From: an uncultured Candidatus Saccharibacteria bacterium
Lineage (GTDB): Bacteria; Patescibacteriota; Saccharimonadia; Saccharimonadales; Saccharimonadaceae
Length of the DNA stretch: 64,000 bases
Direction of reading: 5' to 3'
NCBI GenBank assembly: GCA_964557405.1
Contig: CAZLAC010000002.1
Location: 9,149 to 73,148 of the forward strand
Shown: one piece after another, positions 19,883 through 27,490 of the stretch
How the letters are laid out: each line of letters starts with the position of its first letter
Position numbering within the stretch: the first letter of the stretch is position 1
Position numbers and translations under genes: made by a program
The notes under the pieces: generated by a model
The model's input: the letters and a program-made list of their open reading frames with translations, nothing else
What the model was told of the DNA's origin: nothing
Databases searched by the model: none

Positions 19883-20722
19883 CTATTTACCGCCGCAAAC
19901 GACATTGTTGGCATGGACCCAGCCCTCTACGGAGCCGCCGTCCAGATATTGGCCGGAGGTCTTTGCGACACGCATGACGCCCTGCTGTTCTATGAATGAA
20001 GTAATTGGGTCTGTAATGAGGTATTCCTGCTCTTTGGCACCAAAATCGTTTTCTTTGACGTACTTAACGATTTCCCGGAGGAGGTCAGCGGAGGCGATGT
20101 ATTTGCTGACATTGATGAGATTGGAGGGGGCTGCGTCCGGAGCGGGTTTTTCTACGATGCCAGCGAGTTTGTCGCCGTCCATAGAGAAAACACCGTATTT
20201 TTCTACCTCTTCCTGTGGGATTTCTACGCCTAAGATAGCGCAATCGTCATCGGACTGGCGAGATTTGAGCAAAGATTCGGCAGCAGATTCCCCGTCCGGG
20301 TTCCAGATAAAATCATCACCCATAAAGATGAAAACGGGCTCGTTTAGATGATATTCTTCCATGACAAGGGCAATAGGGACGGCGGTACCGTATTTGCCGG
20401 AGGGATCCTGGATAGTATAGTGAATTTTTACGCCGTCTGGGAGAGTTTTAGCTAGTTTTAGGCGGTCTTCCTTGCCTCGGTCAATGAGGTATTGGTTGAG
20501 GGCGAGGTTATCCCGGTAAAATTCCTGAACCTGGCAAGGTTCGGTGTTGCTGATGACCATATAGATGTCTTTGACGCCGGCCCGGATGAGCTCTTGGACA
20601 GAATAGTCTACCAATGGACGGTTGCCGACCGGTAGCATGGATTTCTCAATAATCTTTGTGATGGGCAAGCGGCGAGTGCCCCAGCCAGCGACAGGAATAA
20701 TAGCCTTAGCAATTGGTTTCAT
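19883..20722 (-). CDS. Sugar-1-phosphate nucleotidyltransferase (GalU-like)
   Basis: KAIIPVAGWGTRRLPITK, IVEKP, YLDGG motifs. Confidence 0.85.
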   Translation of the reverse strand: MKPIAKAIIPVAGWGTRRLPITKIIEKSMLPVGNRPLVDYSVQELIRAGVKDIYMVISNTEPCQVQEFYRDNLALNQYLIDRGKEDRLKLAKTLPDGVKIHYTIQDPSGKYGTAVPIALVMEEYHLNEPVFIFMGDDFIWNPDGESAAESLLKSRQSDDDCAILGVEIPQEEVEKYGVFSMDGDKLAGIVEKPAPDAAPSNLINVSKYIASADLLREIVKYVKENDFGAKEQEYLITDPITSFIEQQGVMRVAKTSGQYLDGGSVEGWVHANNVVCGGK

Positions 20723-21448
20723 TTACAACTCCTTTACGCGCGGTGCGCGAGATTTAATGCTTTTTATTATACTCAAAATTTCACCAATCGCAATATGCAG
20801 AAGGAAGCCGGCAGTGAGGGCTAGGACGACCGGGAGGATGCTTTCTAGAATATCTCCAATAATAAGTGCCAGGGCTGCAGTAGGGACGAGGATAAAGGCC
20901 GAGGCAGCCTGGAGTTTGAGGATTTTTTTAGCGGGGATTTTGGCGCGCTGAAAAATGTTGAAGTCACCAATCTCCTGTGGGATTTCATGCGCAGCAATAC
21001 TGACGGCAGCAGCAATACCAGCGGCTGGGTCTGCGGCAAAAGTAGCGCCTAAGACAACGCCGTCCGCGGCGGTATGAATACTGTCTGCTAGGAGCATGGC
21101 ATAAGCCTGTTTTTGGCTTTTAAGATTATGATGGTGGGTTTTGTGGTCCAGATGAGTGTGGTCGTGATGAATATGGCCAAAAAACTTTTCCATAAGTTTG
21201 TCCAGAACAATACAGATAATAAAACCAGTCGCAATCAGCAGCACAAGCGCAATGGGCGCCATACCCTCTTCCAGAACTTCTGGAATAATGTCCCAAAAAA
21301 CTGCATAAGAAAGAGCCAGCACAGCAATATACGGACCAAGTTTTTGTAAAATTTTAGCAAATTTGCTACCGGAAAGTAGAAAAAACCCGCCAATGAGTGA
21401 GCAAAAGCCAGTGGCAAGGGCAAGTAAGATGATAGGAAAAAAGTTCAT
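20723..21448 (-). CDS. ZIP family metal transporter
   Basis: His-rich loop HIHHDHTH..HHH, DSIHTAADG, AAHEIPQEIGD motifs. Confidence 0.9.
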   Translation of the reverse strand: MNFFPIILLALATGFCSLIGGFFLLSGSKFAKILQKLGPYIAVLALSYAVFWDIIPEVLEEGMAPIALVLLIATGFIICIVLDKLMEKFFGHIHHDHTHLDHKTHHHNLKSQKQAYAMLLADSIHTAADGVVLGATFAADPAAGIAAAVSIAAHEIPQEIGDFNIFQRAKIPAKKILKLQAASAFILVPTAALALIIGDILESILPVVLALTAGFLLHIAIGEILSIIKSIKSRAPRVKEL

Positions 21449-21495
21449 ATACTAATTATATAACAAATTTAGGATTTTATGGTATAATTAAAAGT

Positions 21496-21576
21496 ATGAG
21501 TAAGAAAGTAAAAATTGCCAAGCTAAATCGGAATAATAATCATAAGCATTCCGAGAAGCGGAAGCACCTAGACTAA
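21496..21576 (+). CDS. Putative 26-aa basic leaderless small protein upstream of yebC
   Basis: TGGTATAAT-7nt-ATG; MSKKVKIAKLNRNNNHKHSEKRKHLD*; ends 13 nt before yebC. Confidence 0.45.
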   Translation: MSKKVKIAKLNRNNNHKHSEKRKHLD

Positions 21577-21589
21577 TTAGGAGAAAAAT

Positions 21590-22291
21590 ATGTCAGGACA
21601 TAGCAAGTGGGCCACAACTAAGCGCCAAAAAGCTGTGGTAGATGCTAAGCGTGGCGCATTATTTACCAAAATTGGAAATCAAATTGCGATTGCGGCGCGG
21701 TCCGGTACTGACCCGGCCATGAACCCATCGCTTGCGATGGTGTTGGAAAAGGCACGTCTAGCGAATATGCCAAAGGCTAATATTGAACGAGCAATTGCGC
21801 GGGTAGCAGACAAGTCTGGTGCGGCACTAACCGAGGAAGTTTACGAAGCTTATGGTCCTGGTGGCGTGGGGATTATCATTGAAGCAGCTACAGACAATAA
21901 AAACCGAACTCTGCCGGATGTGCGGAATACGCTAAATAAAAACGGCGGGCGGATTGCTGATTCCGGGAGCGTGATGTTCCAATTCACCCGGAAAGGCGTA
22001 ATCGTAATTTCCGATAAGGGCGAAGATGCACTGATGGCGGCACTGGAAGCCGGAGCGGAAGACGCCTCCGAGGAAGAAGATGGCATAGAAATTTATACTG
22101 CCGCGTCTGATTTAATGAAGGTACGCCAGGCGCTAATTGATGCCGGGATGACCGTGACAAGTGCGGAACTACAATATATTGCGTCAAACTTAGTGCCGGT
22201 AGATGGTGACAATGCCGAAAAGTTGGAAAAATTGCTGGATGCGTTGGACGAGCTGGACGACGTAACGGCGGTTCATACGAACGCCGAGTAG
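21590..22291 (+). CDS. yebC: YebC/PmpR family protein
   Basis: MSGHSKWA, NMPKANIERAI, YEAYGPGG, TDNKNRT, LDDVTAVHTN. Confidence 0.93.
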   Translation: MSGHSKWATTKRQKAVVDAKRGALFTKIGNQIAIAARSGTDPAMNPSLAMVLEKARLANMPKANIERAIARVADKSGAALTEEVYEAYGPGGVGIIIEAATDNKNRTLPDVRNTLNKNGGRIADSGSVMFQFTRKGVIVISDKGEDALMAALEAGAEDASEEEDGIEIYTAASDLMKVRQALIDAGMTVTSAELQYIASNLVPVDGDNAEKLEKLLDALDELDDVTAVHTNAE

Positions 22292-22324
22292 ATTTTCTCC
22301 TTAAAATATGTTACAATGGTGAGC

Positions 22325-22410
22325 GGAAGGGTGGCCGAGTGGTTGATGGCACTGGTCTTGAAAACCAGCATACGAAAGTATCGCAAGTTCGAATCTTGTC
22401 CCTTCCGCCA
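22325..22410 (+). tRNA. tRNA-Ser(TGA)
   Basis: GGAAGGG/CCCTTCC acceptor stem, anticodon loop CTTGAAA, long variable arm, GTTCGAATC, G73 and encoded CCA. Confidence 0.95.
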
Positions 22411-22433
22411 AATTATAGTATAATTAAGTAAGT

Positions 22434-22510
22434 GGCATGGTAGCTCAGTTGGTTAGAGCGTGGGACTCATAAGCCCAAGGTCACTGGTTCAATTCCAGTC
22501 CATGCTACCA
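22434..22510 (+). tRNA. tRNA with CAT anticodon (probably elongator Met; Ile2 not excluded)
   Basis: GGCATGG/CCATGCT acceptor, loop CTCATAA, GGTTCAATTCC T-arm, ACCA end; lacks the C1:A72 mismatch of initiator tRNA. Confidence 0.9.
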
Positions 22511-22553
22511 TTTTTGTGCAGAGCACTTACTATTTTTGTGATATAATAAGTTT

Positions 22554-22940
22554 ATGGATAAGAAAAAAGGATTCACTATTCCGGAGCTCGCTATTGTAAT
22601 CGTGTTTGCATCGTTATTGCTAATTCTATTCTTTGTGCAGAAAGCAAACATGGATGCGATGACGCGCGATGAGAAACGCAAGGAAGCAATCAACGCGATG
22701 TACTATGCATTAGAAGAGGGATTCTTTGCGCAGAATGGCTACTACCCGGAAACTATTTCTGAAGAAAATCTGCCAGTGATGGATCCGGAATTGTTTACTG
22801 ACCCAATGGGGATTAACCTAGGTATGGAGGGGAGTTCATACCATTATGATGCGGCAAACTGCGAAGACGGTCGCTGCAAAGAATACACCCTGCGGGCGAC
22901 TTTGGAAAAAGAAGAGGATTATATTAAGAAAAATCGTTAG
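22554..22940 (+). CDS. Type IV pilin / pseudopilin-like protein
   Basis: KKGF-TIPEL prepilin cleavage/methylation motif, hydrophobic helix, RDEKRK..NGYYP. Confidence 0.85.
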   Translation: MDKKKGFTIPELAIVIVFASLLLILFFVQKANMDAMTRDEKRKEAINAMYYALEEGFFAQNGYYPETISEENLPVMDPELFTDPMGINLGMEGSSYHYDAANCEDGRCKEYTLRATLEKEEDYIKKNR

Positions 22941-23619
22941 GGTTAGCCGGGACGGCTAGGATAGTTTCCTGCGGGATGTCCGCGGTGTTATCTATGACGT
23001 CATCCGGAACATCGTCTGCGGAGACCGGGTGGACACGATGCTTGGTCTTTTCTTTCTCAATATGGACTAGGTGGGTGATGATGTCTAGCTCGTCAATAGG
23101 CTTGTCAATATACTTCATGATATAAGTGGTTTCATCACCAACGGTAGACATACGCAAAGTACCAAGTCCTAAAGCGTATTCCGCAATACCAGATTGTTTG
23201 AAGCTGACGTCTTCTATAGAGACGAGGTCTATAATGTCAGTAGACTTAGCAAAAAGTGAGTGCATAGAACACTGGATAGCGCGTTTGTTGGTGATAAAGA
23301 TGCGATTGCCGCGCCAAACATGGCTAGTTACTAGGCCAACGATAAAAATCGCACCGCTTAGAATCATCAAGATGAGATACATGAACGAGCGGCCGGACTG
23401 ATCCAAATTCAGGAGGACACTTTTGTTTCCACCAGCGGAGAGCAAGATTAGGAGGACCAACATAATAACGGCGGCCACGGCTTCGCCGGCCCAGATTAAA
23501 ATAACGCCGACTTTTGACCGGCGAATGGCAAGCTCAACGTATTCATTTTCCTCAAGCTTTAGGTCGGGAAAATCTTTCACGCTACGAGCGTGACGAAGTT
23601 TCACTAACTCGCTTTTCAT
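22924..23619 (-). CDS. Membrane protein with bacterial PH domain
   Basis: Two TMs followed by IFITNKR..IEDVSFKQSG..LGLGTLRMSTVG (bPH_2-like). Confidence 0.7.
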   Translation of the reverse strand: MKSELVKLRHARSVKDFPDLKLEENEYVELAIRRSKVGVILIWAGEAVAAVIMLVLLILLSAGGNKSVLLNLDQSGRSFMYLILMILSGAIFIVGLVTSHVWRGNRIFITNKRAIQCSMHSLFAKSTDIIDLVSIEDVSFKQSGIAEYALGLGTLRMSTVGDETTYIMKYIDKPIDELDIITHLVHIEKEKTKHRVHPVSADDVPDDVIDNTADIPQETILAVPANPNDFS

Positions 23620-23636
23620 ACTATAATTATAGCAAA

Positions 23637-24647
23637 TTATTGCAAACTTTGCAAGTGTTTCTTAGCTTTTTCTGTAACCAGGCGGCCACGGTCGGTTTTT
23701 TCAATAAAACCGAGTTGCAACAGATACGGCTCATAATATTCCTCAATCGTGACGTCCTCGTCTCCAGTGAGAGCGGCGATGGTTTTGAGGCCGACTGGAC
23801 GATCCGGGTAGTTATCTAGCATGAGTTTTAGCATGTTACGGTCGGCTGGGTCCAGGCCCAAACTGTCAATTTCCAGCAAATCCAGGGCCTTCCTGGCGAT
23901 ATTTTCGTCAATGATACCGTCGCCGTTGACGTCAGCGTAGTCACGGACACGTTTAGTGAGCCGATTAGCAATACGCGGAGTGAGACGAGAACGCTCGGCA
24001 AGGAGTTTAGCGGCGGAAGCTTTAATTTCTGTGTTGAGAATACTAGCAGTACGGGTGATAATCTGCTCTATCTCCGGAACCTTGTAGTATTCCAGACGAT
24101 GAGAGATGCCAAACCGGTCACGCAGCGGTCCAGCCAGAGAACCAGTCCGAGTAGTAGCGCCAATGAGCGTGAACTGCGGCAAATCCAAGCGAACACTACG
24201 GGCGCCCGGGCCTTTACCGATAGTAATGTCAATCACATTGTCTTCCATGGCGGAGTAGAGGATTTCTGCTACGGCCTTACGCAGGCGGTGAATTTCGTCA
24301 ATGAACAAAATGTCTCCGTCCTGCAAATTAGTCAGCATACTGGCTAAGTCGCCGGCGTGCTCAATGGCCGGGCCGGAAGTAACGCGAATGTTTGTACCCA
24401 TTTCGTGTGCAATCACGCCGGCCATGGTAGTCTTCCCTAGTCCCGGCGGACCATATAATAATATATGGTCCAAAGCCTGTCCGTCACCGCGTTTTTTGAC
24501 GGCAGAAATGGCGAGTTTGAGATTGCTTTTTAGTCTTTCTTGGCCAATATATTCATCAAAAGAAAGTGGGCGAAGGGATTTTTCTATGACTTGTTCTTCG
24601 CGGTCGTCATCATGCGCAGCAGTGTCTATGACTCTTTCTATTCCCAT
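23637..24647 (-). CDS. ruvB: Holliday junction branch migration helicase RuvB
   Basis: LRPLSFDEYIGQ, GPPGLGKTT, FIDEIHRL, GATTR, PLRDRFG, TPRIANRL, EPYL. Confidence 0.97.
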   Translation of the reverse strand: MGIERVIDTAAHDDDREEQVIEKSLRPLSFDEYIGQERLKSNLKLAISAVKKRGDGQALDHILLYGPPGLGKTTMAGVIAHEMGTNIRVTSGPAIEHAGDLASMLTNLQDGDILFIDEIHRLRKAVAEILYSAMEDNVIDITIGKGPGARSVRLDLPQFTLIGATTRTGSLAGPLRDRFGISHRLEYYKVPEIEQIITRTASILNTEIKASAAKLLAERSRLTPRIANRLTKRVRDYADVNGDGIIDENIARKALDLLEIDSLGLDPADRNMLKLMLDNYPDRPVGLKTIAALTGDEDVTIEEYYEPYLLQLGFIEKTDRGRLVTEKAKKHLQSLQ

Positions 24648-24664
24648 GTTATAATTATACCATG
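24645..24664. promoter_or_regulatory. Bidirectional overlapping extended -10 promoter for leaderless ruvB and ruvA
   Basis: CATGTTATAATTATACCATG is a near-perfect palindrome: TGTTATAAT-6-ATG on + and TGGTATAAT-6-ATG on -; only 14 nt separate the two start codons. Confidence 0.75.
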
Positions 24665-25243
24665 ATAGCGCATATTCGCGGTACTGTTGCCGAAAAATTC
24701 AACACCTCTGTCATCGTAGATGTCAGTGGCGTTGGCTACGAAATCACTCTCACGGCTCTGGATTTTGAAAACACCAATTTAGACGAAGAAAGAAAATTCT
24801 ATACCTTCCATTCTATCCGGGAGAATGCAGAAGATTTGTACGGCTTTTCTACACTCACCGCTAAGAAACTTTTTGAACTTCTAATTTCCGTCAACGGTGT
24901 TGGCCCTAAAGCCGCCATGAGCATCCTTGGCCTAGCCGCCCCGGAGGAAGTCCGTAACGCTATTGCCAATGCCGATAGCGCCTTCATCACTAAAGCTCCT
25001 GGCGTAGGGAAGAAAGCCGCCGAGCGCATTATCGTAGATTTGCAGGACAAAGTTGGTCTGCCTACGCATTACGGCGCTACAGAAGTTACCGGCACCAAGG
25101 ACGAAGCACCAGAAGCCGATGAAGCCCTGGACGCGCTCATGGCCCTGGGCTTCCCGCTAAAAGACGCCACCGCTGCCCTCGCCGGCATAGACCCGTCTTT
25201 GCCATTAGAAGAACAAGTTAAACAGGCACTAAAAAACACCTAG
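24662..25243 (+). CDS. ruvA: Holliday junction branch migration protein RuvA
   Basis: MIAHIRG, GVGYEI, LYGF, LISVNGVGPKAA, PGVGKKAAERI, ALMALGF. Confidence 0.96.
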   Translation: MIAHIRGTVAEKFNTSVIVDVSGVGYEITLTALDFENTNLDEERKFYTFHSIRENAEDLYGFSTLTAKKLFELLISVNGVGPKAAMSILGLAAPEEVRNAIANADSAFITKAPGVGKKAAERIIVDLQDKVGLPTHYGATEVTGTKDEAPEADEALDALMALGFPLKDATAALAGIDPSLPLEEQVKQALKNT

Positions 25244-25253
25244 TTGTGAACGC

Positions 25254-25799
25254 CTAATAATTTGTACTTCTAATTTCAAAGAAGCTTTGCGGGTGCGCAC
25301 AGGCCGGGCAAACCTCCGGTGCTTCTTCGCCTACAAAGATATATCCGCAGTTTCGGCATTTCCAGACCGTCACTTTATCAGACTTGAACACTACGTCGTT
25401 TTCAATATTGCTCAGTAGCTTCTGGTAGCGTTCCTCATGCTCCTTTTCTATTGCGCCAATCATTTCAAACTTGTCCGCAATTTCATCAAAACCTTCCTCT
25501 CGTGCAGTCTCCGCAAAATTCTTATACATGTTTGTATATTCGTAGTCCTCTCCGGCAATTGCATCTTTCAAATTTTCCGTCGTATCGCCAACCGCCCCGT
25601 CGTGCAACATCTTGAACCAGATTTTTGCATGCTCCTTTTCATTATCGGAAGTCTCCGTAAAAATCTCCGCAATTTGCTCATAGCCGTCTTTCTTCGCTTT
25701 AGAAGCATAGAACTGGTATTTCACCCGCGCCTGTGCCTCGCCCATAAATGCCTTTTGTAGATTTTCATAGGTTTTGCTAGATTTGAAATCTTTAGCCAT
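25254..25799 (-). CDS. rbr: Rubrerythrin
   Basis: AFMGEAQARVKY, NEKEHAK, EKEHEERY di-iron ligands, WKCRNCG..CPAC rubredoxin domain; AAGGAG SD. Confidence 0.93.
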   Translation of the reverse strand: MAKDFKSSKTYENLQKAFMGEAQARVKYQFYASKAKKDGYEQIAEIFTETSDNEKEHAKIWFKMLHDGAVGDTTENLKDAIAGEDYEYTNMYKNFAETAREEGFDEIADKFEMIGAIEKEHEERYQKLLSNIENDVVFKSDKVTVWKCRNCGYIFVGEEAPEVCPACAHPQSFFEIRSTNY

Positions 25800-25830
25800 A
25801 ATTACTCCTTTTTGCTATAATAATTATAAC

Positions 25831-27489
25831 ATGAAGAGATTAACTGCGGAAATAATTAAAAAACTAAAGCCGGCGGACGTAATTTATGCGGAAGTCGCTA
25901 ACCCTGGCGCAATGGGTAATGCTGGCGGAGTGATTTTTTACGTTTTTCAAAATAACGAGTTTACAACGTATGAAACCAATTGTTTTAAAAATGAAAACGA
26001 ATTTACTAAATCGTTTTTGTTTTTGAAACAACATGAAAACGAGTTTGTGCAGATGGATGGAGGGTTTGGGAATATGGTTTTTGCACAAGTTGGTTCGCAG
26101 TTAAAAGTCAATGCGGCGCATGAAAGTTTAATCTATGAGCATGGTGGAAAAAGGTTTGACATTCTGACTTCCGTAGTGGGAGTATATAACCATATTTACG
26201 AGACGATTGAGGAACTTACAAATTTGGCAAAGGAAGATTGTCAGAAATACCGGGAGCTAAATGATGAGTTGGTCAATTCTGAATATTTGACAATACGCGT
26301 GAGCGACTACAAAAAGGCGATTTCCTATATTCGCTACAAAAATTGGCTAGGCTACGGTTTTCCGGAAGAATTTCTGCAGGAGGGTAAGTGGTCGTTATTT
26401 AAATATCATATGCGCTATGCAGAGGACAAGCTGGGGCGGGTAAAGTTTGTACTGGCAGCGGGGGAGGCATTGGTTCAGAATTGCGTGAAAGGGCTGGGCT
26501 GGGCGGAGATGACAGCTGGAATGGACAAAGCTTATGAGATTTTGGAAGATTTACTCGGTGAGAATTTGCGGGAAATGTTCTATGGGTTTGTGACAGTAGA
26601 ACAGAAAAAGCTGGATTTTAGTCGGCTGTTTCGTTACCCACAGCTGGTAAAATTTTCTGCAAAAGCCGAGAAGGAATTGGCCCAGCGAATCATGCACGAA
26701 AAATGGTTTAGCCCATATATTACAGGTTGTTATTTTAGAAATTATTTTGAGCAATTGGAAATCTTGCCACTAGATAAAGTTTTGCCAGTGGTCATTCATG
26801 TAATGCAACACGAAAATACTGACGCCGAAATGGTGGCGGAAGCGGGCGACTTGCTGAATCAAGCCTGGATTTTCTCGCCGGACGATGGGGATTTTGAAAA
26901 AACGATCTATGAGGCTGTGAAACCACAGATAGATACTTGGCCAGTAAAGCATTATGATGAAATTCATTTTAAGATGAGAGGAAGGCAAGAAATTTTTGAT
27001 GATATGCTGGGGTGGTTAGGATATATGCACAAACTGAATAAAATTGATGCTAAGATGTATCGCGCAATGGAGAGTTGGCGAGTGGACCACGCGCGGGATT
27101 TGAGTTGGTGGAAATTAGTATCGCCGGAGACGGTACCGGAGGCAGAAAAAGTTTGTACGGAATTATTGGACGGAAAAGTAGAGAACCCTGAAGGCGCGGC
27201 GGAAAGACTACTACTGAATCATTCGCCAGAAAAAGTGAAACTTTATATTCTGAATTTTTATATAGATAATTTTGACAAGTTGCAGGAGCTACTTGCGAAA
27301 GTACCGGATATGATGGAGGCACTATACGAAGCCGCGTGCGAAGGTGTAACACATAGGTCGGAAGTAACGCTACTGAAGAAGTTTGCAGAGAAAGTCGGCG
27401 CAGTGCCGCCACATTCGGAAGAAGTGATAAAACGGAACTTAAAAATCGCGAGGTTGCAAAATAAAGCTATGAAAGGTTGGAGGAATTAA
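25831..27489 (+). CDS. Hypothetical protein (552 aa)
   Basis: Long ORF; start at ATG 25831 after TGCTATAAT; N-terminal PGAMGNAGG..GGFGN motif; 1 nt from the next gene. Confidence 0.8.
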   Translation: MKRLTAEIIKKLKPADVIYAEVANPGAMGNAGGVIFYVFQNNEFTTYETNCFKNENEFTKSFLFLKQHENEFVQMDGGFGNMVFAQVGSQLKVNAAHESLIYEHGGKRFDILTSVVGVYNHIYETIEELTNLAKEDCQKYRELNDELVNSEYLTIRVSDYKKAISYIRYKNWLGYGFPEEFLQEGKWSLFKYHMRYAEDKLGRVKFVLAAGEALVQNCVKGLGWAEMTAGMDKAYEILEDLLGENLREMFYGFVTVEQKKLDFSRLFRYPQLVKFSAKAEKELAQRIMHEKWFSPYITGCYFRNYFEQLEILPLDKVLPVVIHVMQHENTDAEMVAEAGDLLNQAWIFSPDDGDFEKTIYEAVKPQIDTWPVKHYDEIHFKMRGRQEIFDDMLGWLGYMHKLNKIDAKMYRAMESWRVDHARDLSWWKLVSPETVPEAEKVCTELLDGKVENPEGAAERLLLNHSPEKVKLYILNFYIDNFDKLQELLAKVPDMMEALYEAACEGVTHRSEVTLLKKFAEKVGAVPPHSEEVIKRNLKIARLQNKAMKGWRN

Positions 27490-27490
27490 G

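Larger units (their letters stand above)
24645..25833. repeat. 14-bp perfect inverted repeats bounding the ruvA-rubrerythrin segment
   Basis: CATGTTATAATTAT (24645-24658) and ATAATTATAACATG (25820-25833). Confidence 0.85.
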
